Assembly: GCA_010909165.1 (NCBI GenBank)
Contig: VJWM01000011.1
Location: 930,001 to 994,000 of the forward strand
From: Anthoceros angustus
Taxonomy: Eukaryota > Plantae > Anthocerotophyta
Direction of reading: 5' to 3'
DNA: 64,000 bases
Shown: piece by piece, positions 23,894 through 36,522 of the stretch
How positions within the stretch are numbered: the first letter of the stretch is position 1
Layout of the letters: each line of letters opens with the position of its first letter
Notes under the pieces: generated by a model
Told to the model about the DNA's origin: nothing
What the model saw: only the letters and a program-made list of their open reading frames with translations
Database searches by the model: none
Position numbers and translations under genes: made by a program

Positions 23894-26800
23894 ATGGCCA
23901 AGGGGGATGATCCCAAGAGCCCCAAGAGCCCTAAGAGTCCCAAGAGCCCCAAGGAAGATTCCAAAAGTTCCAAAGGAGAGGACTCCAAGGGGGACCCCAA
24001 GGGCAAGCCCAAGGGCATTGTGAATGTCAAGGGCACACCCTCGCCCCCGCGGTACAAAGCTGGACAGGTGAGGTGTTTTTTCTTTCTTGCTTGCTCGCTC
24101 ATATTTTGAGAAATTGGTGGCTTTTAGGTCATGGAGATTGAAGGATTTCCTGGCTCTGGTACATTGCAGGAGCAACCTCCGTTGCCGACCTATCCGATCA
24201 CATGGACCGCAGCTGCTGTTTGTGTGGAATCGGGAGGCCCGGCTCTCGATCTCCACATTCTGGTGGAGCTTTGCAACCAGAGCTCACGGCCAGCTCTCAG
24301 TTTTGCCATTGTGGATGCGCAAGAGTTGCTGGATGAGGTGTGTGTGTGTGTGCGCGGGAGGGTCAAGAGTTGGTAAGGTTGTCTGATGTGTTGGGACCTA
24401 AAGAACTAAGTTTTTTGGTGCAGGAGCTGGGGGATGAGGAATCGGAGTTGGGGAAAGCTTTACGGGATGCCAAACAGGTGCTCAACTTTTGCTCGAGCTC
24501 ATGCATTCCCTGCGGTCGAAGGTATGTAGGGCATTATAGATTTGCCCGTGGTTCACCTTCATTTGTCGACAGGAGTCGATTTCAGGGCCCAAGAAGGACA
24601 AGGATGGAAAGGAGGCCAAAGGGAAAGGGAAGGAGAAACCGCCAGAGAAGGAAAAGGAGAAGGACAAAGGCAAGGGAAAGGGAAAGGAGAAGGGGCAGTC
24701 ACAAATGGGGAGCTGGGTGCAACCGGCTCACATGCAGCAGCTTCTGGCTGGTGAGTCCGGATGGACTGTTGTCAGTGTTGCGGCATCAAGGGTGGGGATT
24801 CGGAAGCTTACAGACCATATCTGCCCTTGCTTCAGCCAGGCAGATTAGAGACCGGGACTTTGAACATCGGGAGGAAGTGGTGCGCAGGGCTGAGCAAGTG
24901 GAGGAAGCTAAACGCAAGGCTGAGGTGTGGTATTACGAGCGTTGGCTGCAGAAGTCTTGACTAATTGAAACAGACTCAAGCTCTTATGGTAGTTTTGTTC
25001 CTGCTGTAGGAAGCAAAGAAATCTGTTGAAGATATGCAAGCAGGACTAGAAGCAGCGAAAAAAGCTTTGCAGGAGTTTGAAGAACGAGACAGGAAACGGA
25101 TTAGGGAAGAGTGGTGGGCACAAAAGGCTGCAGCTGCTGCAGCTGAAGCAGCTGCTAAAGCAGCTGCGAAGAATCCTGAAGGTGCGAAGGGCGATAAAAA
25201 AGGTGTAAAGGGGGACAAAAAAGGGGACAAAAAGGCTGCAGCAGGTGGAAAGGATAAGCAAGGTGGCGATAAAGGGGCGCAGAAACCTCCTACGCCACCA
25301 AAAGGTGAGCAGTATGCTCCCAGGGTGTGCCGAAGGCTTCTTGAGGAACTGGGTGGACAAGGAATTTTGCAGACTTGCACATTTTTGTAGCTGTTCTGCA
25401 GGCAAGGACAAAGGCAAGGACAAAGGAAAAGGAGCTCCCCCGCCGCCTGTGCTGACTCCTGCTGAAGAAAGACTTAGCTGTCAGAACGTTGTGAAGCAAA
25501 GCCAAGAAGCTCTGGAGGCAGCTGAGGCACAGGTCAGACCTCGTCTCCGCCCTGGGATCTCCTCATGGAACCGTTCGTTTCAAGCTTGGTTAACTCGTTG
25601 TGGCTTCCAGGTCATAGAGACAGAGAAACGTGTTGCTGATCTAGAAGCTGTGATCAACGAACCATTTGTCACCTCCCGGGTCTACTGCTGTCTAGGTTTT
25701 GGCGATAATGCTACCTCAGTTGCCGAACTGGCGGCCAGCCAAGATAATATTTTCTGCGCTATCTTGAACATAGCTAAAAAACTTCCCCCACCTCCACCAC
25801 CAGACCCTCCTGAGACTTTACAATCTTCTGACAAGGGGAAAGATCAAGGTGCCAAGAAAGATGGAAAGGCTGAGACTCCATCGCGACCTTCTTCTCCGGC
25901 TGGAGCGGCAGAAAGAGGCAAAGAAAAAGGTGGGAAGAAAGATGGAAAGGCTGAGGCTCCATCAAGACCTTCTTCACCTGCTGGTTTGATGCCCCACAAA
26001 TCCGGTCACTTGAATTGCACTCTCTGCTTGGCATGTGAGCTCATTAGATTGGTGCTGACGTTTGAACAGAGAAGGGCAAAAAATCAGGCAAAGGGAAAAC
26101 AGAGCAGCCAACTGAGGTGCCTATTCCTCCTCTAGTAGCTGAGATGAGGGCATTGGCAAAAGCTGCTCATCTGAAAAATCCTGCCAGGAAAGTATTTGTG
26201 ATGGATGTGTTATATGAAGACAAAAAGGAAGAGGAGGTTCCACCAGATGACAAAGCGGACAGGCCTAAGACTCCTGGTAAGAAAGAGAAGGAGTCGGGCG
26301 GGAAGAAGGAGGCAGGTAAAGGGGCAGACAAAAGACCAGGTTCTCCCCCTGGTGCCAAGAAGGGGAAAGGTGGGAAGGGGGAAGAAGGCATGCAATACGG
26401 TCAGATTGTGGAGGCAGTAGTCAAGTCATGCAGGACTCTTACTGATCAAGTGAAAGAATTCAGGAAAATGGACGGTGATACTCGATTTGTAGAGATCCCA
26501 GATGCCATACCTTTTGAGGTGAATTTCGTATTTTTTCCTGCATATGTACAGGTCATGCATGACACATGGATTTCTGAGAAGGTGGCCTCACTGTCGGGGC
26601 AATTTCTGATTACACCTCTCTGTTCTCTAGGAAGTAAAGATGGATCATTACAAACACCTATTAGATGAAGTTGCACCTGCATTAGTAACCGTCCCCGTGA
26701 TCTTGCACTGTATGATTGAGCAAGTAGCAGTAAGTGACTGTGAAAAGACAGATATACAGACCTTGGAAGCTATGAACCAACGAAAAGAAGCAAGGGTGCT

Positions 26801-29800
26801 TCTGGAGCAAGCTTTTTTAAACCTTGGCCGAAGACTCGAGATACCATACCACAGTCCATTTGGGAACATCTTTTTACCACCAGAGTTTGACTATGATGAG
26901 GTGCAATGCTAGCCAAAAGATCTGAAGTACGTAGGTACACGAGTGGTACACTGACGTGCAGCTTGTTTACTGATATAGATGGAAGATCCTACACCATGTG
27001 AACCCGGCTGCACATGTGATCTGCATCCATATACATTTGACGGAATACCGGTGGAACCCAGGAAAAGGAGCAGATACGAGGAGCACTTGAATGTCATTCA
27101 GGAACAAAGCTCATTTGGCCTGCTGAAGGCTATTCTCACTCGGAAGCGACAAGATCCGCACAAGATAAAGCATGAGCCTCAGTTGAGTCTCTCAGCTCCT
27201 ACTGTGGTGGACGTTTTGAATGTAGAGCAGAGAATGGTGAAGCTTCTTCCAACACCAGGCAAGGATTCTTTGAAGCTCGGAAATTCTTCCCCATCTCTCC
27301 CCTGCCAAGCCACTTATGTTTTGCCCCCCTGTTGTTTACATTATGCTGTTCATGGTCCATCCAGGCCGTGGACGCAGAGAGTTCCCTATTCCTCCATCAT
27401 ACCCTTTAGAAAAGCGGGGTACATGCATGACTGCGTTGCGCAAATTCAGTAGAATTTTTTTTCCTGCTGCTCAGAGATATCGCAAGCTGGTCAGCCACTT
27501 TGCTTTCTATCTAGTTTCTAGTGCAGCAGGATGTGGATGACTTGTTAGTTAGCCTGCTTGACAGATCAGCACAGTTTAATGAGACGTTCGCTTGTGGACT
27601 AAGTTATATTCGGTTTGTGAATATCATGGATGTCTACAGAGGCATATAGCAGACCTCCTGTTGAACAGAAAGGTAGAGACTGTTCCAACAGGAGTGGATA
27701 CAGTTGAAGCTGCTGCTCGTCCTGGAGAACAACCTGAAGAGGGACCGGTCAGTCCGGATGGCACTACTGCTTCGAAGGACGGAGATAAGAGACAGTCACT
27801 TTCTGTCAAAGAACATCCTCTTACGGGGGTAGACAACGGGCGAAAATCCCTTTCTAGAACTGCTGGCGTTAGGGAGGAGAGCAGAAGAAACTCACTCTTT
27901 GGTGATTGTACGCCAGCCAGTGTGGATGGCACTCAGAAAAGTTCTGAGAAAACCCCTTCAACCCCAGGCAGTGATCATGAGGAATGGCATATTCGGCCTT
28001 CAAGATTTACCCAGACAGCTCCCCTGACTGTGCTCCCTGAGGAGCTGGAGCCACTGGAGTCGGCATTTGATCAGAGAAAACTAAGGCCTCATGAGTCGGT
28101 TTTGAACTGCAGGTTTGTAGATACCTTTCCTGATGACACCTTTGGTGAGGCCTACTCAAAAGCCCGACTTGCTCTTCCCTTTGAAAGAATGCTTTATGAC
28201 AAGGATGAAGACTTTGTCATATCTGTTCTGTTTGCTGAGGAAGGAGAGCACCAGTGGACTGGTCACGTTCCCTCTCTGGTATGAGTTTATTAGACTGGAC
28301 ATCTGTTCTACTTAAGTCGCATGAGACCTGTGTGTCTTGTGTGTGCTTGCTGTACTGCTCTACGCTGCTCACCTTTTCATCACTTGCATGCTTCTTATAG
28401 ATCTTGGGCTGGGCAACAGATTCCCTTTGAGCGCTTCTGCTCTGATCTCACAGCGTGCGAGAGGAGAAAAGCGGATTTCGCAGCGTCTCAAAACTCCTTT
28501 TGTCCACCGACAGTGTATGGGATTGAGGATACGGAGGGCAACCTCTCGGAGAAGAAGACCGTCTTTTTGGGACAAGGAGAGTCACTTGTGTGTAATGGAC
28601 TACCAGCGCAAACAAAACCGGAATCTGCAGTCTGTTACAAGCCTCAAGCAACTATGTACAAGGTGGGCATCCTCTGCTTGGAGCTTGGAGCCAACCAGTG
28701 GACGAGCTGTGGTTATTAGAAACTTGGAACAGATGTTACCAACGTCCTGTAACTGTTAAAATCAACTGCAAATTGGTTGTTACTGCATTTGGCAGGATGG
28801 AGCAACTTATCTGTTGCGAGGAGATCATCGAAGTGCTGAAGATTCTTTGCCGCTTGATAACAGCCTAACAGCGTGCTTGAAGGATGGTTTAACAGTCTGT
28901 TTCTATATCACTAAGGATGGCACCCCGAGCATACAGATCACACATCCCAGTGGGCAAACGTTTGAGTTAACCTCTGCAGGGGTAGTGCTTGTTTTTCCGA
29001 CTAATGTGAAGGAGAAAGAGAAAGAGAGAGCCGCAGAAAAGGCTGCCCAAGAAGCAGCAGAGAGGGCCTTAATAGAGAATCAACAAGCAGATCAGGCAGC
29101 AGCTGAAGCGGACTTGAAGAAAGGTGGAAAGAAGGGTGCAGATCCGAAGAAAGCAGGGAAAGGTGAAGCCAAAGTTGAGGCAAAAGCAAAAGGGGATGCC
29201 AAGGAAGCGAAAGCTGAAGCGAAGGGCAAGGATGCTAAACCTGAAAAGAAAGGCAAGGGTAAAAAGGGAGAGACAGCTCCTGAACCCGACAAGCCTCCTG
29301 AGGAACCAGCCAATGCTCAGCAAGATGATAAGACTAACAACATCCGGAGCATCTCAGACATTCTTCGCAAGGAACGTGGTGAGGAGGAAGTCTGGCGATG
29401 TGTTCTTCCATCAGGAACTGTTGTCCGTTACAGGGAGAATGGGGAGTCACAGGTACCCTCAAGCTGTTTTGTATGGAGTTAGTGTGCTTGCAGATCAGCT
29501 TGCATCTTCCTTATGCACAGATCTATTTCCAGACCTAACATGGAAGCCACGTTTTTTGCAGCTACTGTTTGCAAATGGGAACGTTAGTGAGTCGCAGCTA
29601 AATGCAGCCCCTGCATCAGATGCAGTTGAAAGCACGGAGGAAGCTCAGGTGGACCCGAAGTCAGCGAAAAATTCTAAGGCAAAGGATGCTGGAAAGGATA
29701 AAGCTAAGGGCGGCGCAGAAAAGGCTGAGAAGGGTGGCAAGGGCGCCGGAGAGAAAAGTGTGAAAGGTGCCAAAGGAGGTACAGGGGAGAAAGTTGCCGA

Positions 29801-32800
29801 GGAAGGAAAAGGTTCCAAAAGTCGTCCCACTTCTCCATCCTCACCCTCAGAAGATACGCCTCCAGCCTCTCCAAGCATACCAGTTATCCCAGAGTGCCAA
29901 TGGACAGTGACAAACAACAAGGGCTATTTTGTGCTGCAGGTACAACCTGAACATCGTATCTTCATTGCCATTTGGCCAGGTCAAATGCGGTACTTACCTC
30001 CAGTGACATTTTGGCCCTTCACATGCAGACTCCATTCAAGCCACCTCCTCCTATAGAGGAAGCCGAACCTGATCCAAAGGCCAAGCAAGAGACCAAGGGT
30101 AAGGACAAAGGCAAAGATGGAGACAAGGGTGCCAAGGGTGCCAAGGGTCCGAAGGCAGGAGCAACGGATGCTAAGAAAGATGAGAAAGGCGTAGAGAAAG
30201 GGAAACAGGAAGGTAAGGACGGTACAAAAGCGAAGGCTGGCAAAGGTGGGGCAAAAGATGCTGAGATTGCTCCTGAAGTAGTTCCGGAAGCAGTGCCTGT
30301 TGAGGTGCCTGCTATTCCTCCTGAGCCACCAAAACCAACTCTCTTAGAATTTCCCAAGAAGAAGATGGTCCAGGTGACTGATCCGGAGTCAGAGGCCTTT
30401 ATAGCAGTCCGGGAGGATTTAGTGATCCTGATGCAACCGGTCGATGAAAGCTACTGCTTCGTCCAGCATGCAGATGGGACACAGATACTTTGTCAGCAAA
30501 AGGAGTTCACTCTAGAGAGGGAGAAGCCGGAGGAAGTTCCTGTAGTGGTCGAGGAGCTTGAAGAGGTGTACTGTCCCTTGCATAATCCTCGACCCCCCCC
30601 GGACAAGATAAGGTTTAAGGAAGATGTTGCAAGTCTAGCTGCTTCCAGACAGTCCATTAGATCTGTGAGTTTTCTTGGAAGCCTGCAACAGCCGATCTCG
30701 TCTCCTGCAACACAAGCTAGCGGGCTTGCAAGCCCGGCTCCAACCAACCAAGACTCAAACAGGAGGAAATCAGATGCCGTAGGCTTGAGGCAAACCACTG
30801 CCGGGACTGCCACCTCAGGCTTGGATAGCATCAAATCCTCAGCTCCAGCTCCAGCTTCCTCAGCTCCAGCTCCAGCTCTTCCAGCTGCAGGTTCTCCAGC
30901 TCCAGCTCCTCCGGCTGCAGGTTCTCCAGCTCCAGTTGCAGATTCTGAAAATGTACAGAGCAAAAAGTATCCCTTCTCAAGGAAGAAATCCACAAAATCG
31001 ATCATTGTGGAGCCACCTGTGATGGCAATAGACCCAGCTGTGGGAAGGACTTGCCCACACTGTCAACACTGCTGGAAAGAGGTGATACGCGAGTTGCTCA
31101 TGTCCATTGCTTGTTTCTTTGTTGACGGGCTTGACTTGGATGAGGGTAATAAGCGTGCATGCAGCCAATTATCATGTACCTCTACGTGATGTGTAACCCA
31201 AATGTATACTTAAATCCTGCATCTGTCTCATCAGGTCTACCGTCCTCCCCCTATTGTAGTGGAGCCGCCTCCTACAACAACCGTGTGGTATATGCGAAAA
31301 GACGGTCTGCCAAACATTCAGGGCAAGCTTGGGGAAGGCGTAGCCGTTCAGTTTCAGACATTGGAAGGCCAATACTGCGCTTCATGGTCCCAGCCAACCG
31401 ACCAACTGACTCTCATATTACCAAATGGGGTGATACTATACACAGACGGCAAAACAGTTTGGCTGGACAACTCCAGGGGTGTTGATCAAGGCCATCCTGA
31501 TGCGCTGCTGATTAAGAAAAAGCATCGTGATGTAGCGATCAACACAAATGGGCTGTACGCTTTTGATCTGGTAGTTCATTCTCATGTGCTCATGTCCATT
31601 TCATGTCTTGGAAAATATGCTCCAACCTTACTTGTTAGAATGGAAGAGTGGAAGTGGAGATTGAGAGTCCAGCTGCTGGTTTGTTGTTTTGATGTCTGCT
31701 TGATTGTTAGGAGGAAGGGAGTCTCTACCACACTGACAAAGATGGAAATGGATTCATCACCCATAAGGGATCGCTGGTCGAGGTACTTGCGCACGGCCTG
31801 CCTGTGCCTCCACCTTCACCACCAAAACCACCTTATGTGCCAGTCGATTTTTTTACCATCGAGGAGATGCCAGAAGTTGTGGAAGATCCGTCCGTCGTAG
31901 ATCCTGAGGTACATTTTGCAATTCCTAAATTCTCCTCTCCGCGATCTCTGTCGTGTCGTTGAAATGAGGCTGTGTCGGTCATTGCACAGTTGGCTGGACC
32001 TCTTGACCCTAAAGCAAAGGGGAAAGGACAAGGAAAAGGTGCCCCACGCCCTTCCCAGTCTACCGGTGCAAAAGACTTGGAGAAACCAGTTAGCCCATCT
32101 CAGTCTACCGGTGCAAAAGACCTGGAGAAACCAGCTAACCCTCCTCAGCCCGTTCAGAAGCAAGCCGGCAGGGTATCCAGTGTTGTTAGCAGTGCAAAAA
32201 GTCAGCCTCTGGCTTCCAAATCAGCTAAATCTGATGTGCCAGTACCAGCAGCTGAAGGATCCACAACCCAACCGACAGGTATGGCCAACTTTCCGTTTTC
32301 TGGTGCAACTTGATAGAGGTGTTTGTTAGCCTTTACTTGTCCTTTTAGCAGATCTGTTGGTAGTTTATGTGACTTCACGATGTCTGTTTCTTTAGGTGCT
32401 GTTTTGGAACCTGTGGGACTGTTTACACCGAAGCTGCATATACCTGTCCCTCCAATACCTCCGGCCCAGATGCCCGATGAACGTGGCAGCCAATGGGGAA
32501 TCAAAGGCCTGCCTGCACCCCAGCACCCAGCTGCTCCGGTTCCTGCTTCTGCTTCTGACAGTCAAGTTCCTGGGGCTATAGCTGTTACCCGTGCATCACG
32601 ATCTGGCTCTGTGATCCAGGCAGCATCTCCAGGTGAGTTTGGTCAGGCTGTCCTTGGGCTGGTGACCATCTTATTCCTGAGTAACAATTGTCGTGTCTTT
32701 TACCCATCTGTTAGGCATCATGCTAGAGCCTGTGGTAGCTTTGGGTGGTCAGCTGGAAGGAGTACCAGAGGAAGGTGAAAGTGTACCTGGTGAAGGATTG

Positions 32801-35800
32801 ACATATGAGCTGGCTAGCAACAATGAAGTACTAGAAATGCCGCCGCCACCAGAAAACCCAAAACTTCTCGCCGCTGACGTGGGGCCTCCGGCCCGGATTT
32901 TCGTAGCACATGATGGTGGCTATGGCTTTGAGATATGCAGTGAGAAGAAATTTTCCAAGTATGTGCAAACAAGGGCAAATGACCCACTGTGTCATATTGC
33001 AAAAGAAGGCTTCTATGGTGGTGAAGAAAGTACTACGTTCCACACATTCATCTCTGTTAAAGACTTATTGAAGGATCCTTACGCCCCGTTTGTTCCTCTT
33101 CAAGAGAATCCACTGCCCCCTCCTGTTCCTATCAACCCTTTGGCTAAAACAGAACCTCTAACCGACAAGACAACGGCAGAAGGAAAGCTAACTGTAGTAC
33201 GCAGGGTAACAAAATGCCCATGGATTGAAGTAAACTTCGAATTCCCAGTTTTGCCAAGAATTATAGCGCCCTCTAAGCCTCCCACTTTACCTTGTTGCAA
33301 AGAGACACTGGTTTCATATCGTCGCATCTGTGAATACCCGGAATTTTCTATAGAGCAGCTCGATAGAGTGGAAAGAGCCCTGGGAGAGTACGAGAAGTGG
33401 AAGTGTGAGGTTCTGGAAAAGCCGTTGGTGGAAACTGTGGACCCAAGAACAGAAGAAGAAATAACATTGGAAAAGGATATCTCTGAATGCATACGACAGG
33501 TAAACTCTTCCTCTTCTGTTTGCTGGTTCCTGCTTAGTGAGCCTGCACAAATGTATTAGGTTGTGAGCGTGTGGTCACTTGCTGAATTTTGCTAACCAAA
33601 GGTATTCAGAAACGCTTGACAACTTTGTAGCATAGCAGACAGTACACTATTAAATTGACTGTAGGGTCTGGCAGAACAAAAAATATTCGAAGCCCAGCAG
33701 CTTGGAGTGATGGACAGTAGATACGCAGCTGAACTACTTCGAAGAATGAGGAACGGTGAGGCTTGGAGAATAGAACAGATGCTGAGGGAAGAGAGAGCTC
33801 TCCAAGCTAGAAGGAAAGAGGAGTTTCAAAAGTATCTTAAGAGGAAGTGCCACCCGACATTGTGCATACACCAACCGGATCTTCTTCAGAAGACTGGACC
33901 TTATAGACCAATCCGGAATGCAATCTTGCGGTACTGGAAGTGTGAGGAAGGCTTGAGGGCGCTTCTGGACATGCTAGGGGTAAGAAGCACCATGACAACC
34001 CTCAGCATGTTCCATGTGCAGCCCGTGTCTGAGTTAGTACTTAATCGTCAAAAGAACATGCCTCTCGACATGCTCGGTTATGTGTATCTCATTTTGTCCT
34101 TTGTCTTGCAGGAATCAGTGGCTACACTATCTGAGGAGGAAGAGGAGGATCCTGACCAGGTCACGATGGAGGAGATTGAGATTCTCGTCAAAGCAACGAA
34201 GAAGGAAGCCATAGAAGTGTTTGAGGAGATGATGAGATTGATGGAGGTAATTCGCAGTTGATGGCATTGCCTTTAGTCGGCTAAGGAGGACTTGGTATCC
34301 AAGTTTGCATCTCTTACCTCTGGTAATCTATCCTTCAGGAGTTTCGGAAGATGGACCTATTTCCACAGGAAAAGGAGTTTGTGCCCAAGGAGCCAGAGGA
34401 GCCACCTTGCTGCTTTATTGAGTGGATGGTTCTCATCGAGAAGTATCACAAAAAGAACTATCCGGTAATCGTAGTTCACTGAGAATTCTACTTCTAGTGG
34501 GAGTCTGCTCCATGTGTTTTGAGTAAAGATTTATTGCGGTTGGTGGTAACCGCAGACAGCCTACGAGATAGAAGCTGCAGAACTTGAACGCCTAAGAAGG
34601 GAGGAGTATTTGAGAATGGCCAAACTTGAATGCGGGAAATTGTTAGAGGATATGATATCAGAAACCGAGGTGCTTCCCCTGCCACACAGCATGCACTTAA
34701 ACTGCTCCAATGCTTGTCCGGATGAGTGTGTTGCTGTCTCTGACTCACATGTTGTCAAACTGAATCAGACCGAGTATGCCAAACTCACTGCATATCGAAG
34801 TCCCTCGTTCCATAGCTCTGAGTACCTAAGAGACGAGTTCTGGGACGAGCTAATGAGACTAGTTGCTGATCCTGCCCAACCTCCACCTCCACCAGAAGTA
34901 GAACCAACGGTATCTCCCGATCTCAACCTTGCACCAGATTCTGATGGCTCCTAGTCAAGAATACCAACTGTGAGCCGTTTGCAGTCACCTGAATCAACGG
35001 CAACCGAGGAGGATCCAAGAGGCTTGTTCAGGCGAAAGTAAGTATCTTTCCTTGTCAGATAAACACCGTCAACGTTGTCGAGAGGGTTAAACATCGGCTT
35101 TCACGCCTTGAACAGGTGGGACACAGCTCCTTGGCACCTCAATGCAGCGTACCTTAGTGTGGAAGAGGCATTCAGGGTGATGTCGTACTTCAATTCTGTG
35201 TACCTCCTGCGCAAGCGGAACTTGCCAAGAGACAGACCTCAACAATTCCACCTCATGCCCGGCTACATGAACTTCAGAAAAGTGAAGTTCATGAGCACTT
35301 CACTTCAGGTGCGCATGAGAATCCACACACAACAGGCATCCCAAAATCATGTCCATCCGATCTCGCTGTAAAATCTCCAGTGCATGCCAACTCCAATTCT
35401 CTCTGATGTCAGGTTGCCTACATCCTCAACTTCCATGACGACATGGGACGCTTCAAGATCAGGAAGCTGGAAGAGTGCCTGAAAGTCTACTACGAACATG
35501 GACCGGTGTGGTTTACAAACATGCATGTCGTTCCACATTGATCCGCTCCTTGGAAATCCTCGGGAAATAATGTAAGACATCTCCTACAGGTTGCACCCGG
35601 GATGCTGAGGAAAATTAGAGTATTTTTCAAGGCACTAAGAGTGGGAGATTACGCGGACGAGGTTAGCTCCCTCCTCTCAGCAATGTGCAGAGCCTCGTAC
35701 AAGTTGATTGAGATTTCTGGAGCCCTAATATGCTGAGGTTTCCTCTTGCAGATCGAGATTGTCACCGAATTTGATGTTTTCAAGATCCCTATTACGGCCA

Positions 35801-36051
35801 CGGTGCTCCCTCCTGATGAAGAGCTCCCGGACGAGTTTGCTCCTGTGGAAGCCTCTCCCAGCCCGATTCCAGCGACGGTCATCCAACCACCTAGATCTCC
35901 TCCGCAAGCATTACAGCCTACTGAGCCAAGGGGTCCTCCCGCGACGGATAACCTCCCGCTTCCAGAGGAGGAGTGCAACGTTGTGAAGGACCTCATCTCT
36001 TGGATAGAAAGTGATACCATGGGGGAGGTACTGATCAAAGGCCACAGGTGA
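23894..36051 (+). CDS. SPAG17: Flagellar central-pair C1a projection protein PF6/SPAG17 homologue (multi-exon, very large)
   Basis: SPAG17-type motifs recalled from the animal protein: VPVILHCMIEQV, RCVLPSGTVVRYRENGESQLLFANGNVS, VTDPESEAFIAVREDLV, VQHADGTQI, and a C-terminal PapD-like segment (FHLMPGYMNF...GRFKIRK...YYEHGPVAPGM...IEIVTE). The tested junctions splice in frame. Not every exon was resolved and the 3' end is approximate. Confidence 0.85.
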
Positions 36052-36522
36052 GGGGAGCGCCTACTGCATTTTTATCCAATTTTGACATCCCCTCATCACT
36101 CCATTGAGGCCTGCCAGTCAAATCCAAGCTTCCCTACACGCATTGTGACATTTTAGAAGCCTGAAAACGGACAATTATTCATTAGGCAAGTTGAGGCCTT
36201 CTCTTGATCAGCCGCAACTCAATATGGCTTCCGAACGTGGAGTCGAACTCGTCGAAATAACGCGAGTGACAGGCTTGACCCGAGTCATCTTAGCCAGATA
36301 CTATGGTTACCGGAACCCGACCTCACGGTTAAGTCTCAACGGTCACTCTCTCCCAGAGCTTCGTGTGACTCAAGGCAGTCTACAAATTCCTGAAGACGCA
36401 TGGCCTCGTCTTAAAAGAATGAAGTGGAAACGACCAGCTCCTTCTCCTCCAAAGGATCTCTGATCAAGACTGGTTGGTGGGAAGTTTGATGTGCTGAGGA
36501 CGGAGGGGAAATGCTTTGAAGG

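Noticed and set aside
24420-24860. Apparent frameshifts in the early SPAG17 exons
   Set aside because: Resolved by splicing: DAKQ|ESISGPKK (intron ~24479-24572) and QQLLA|ARQIRDRD join in frame.
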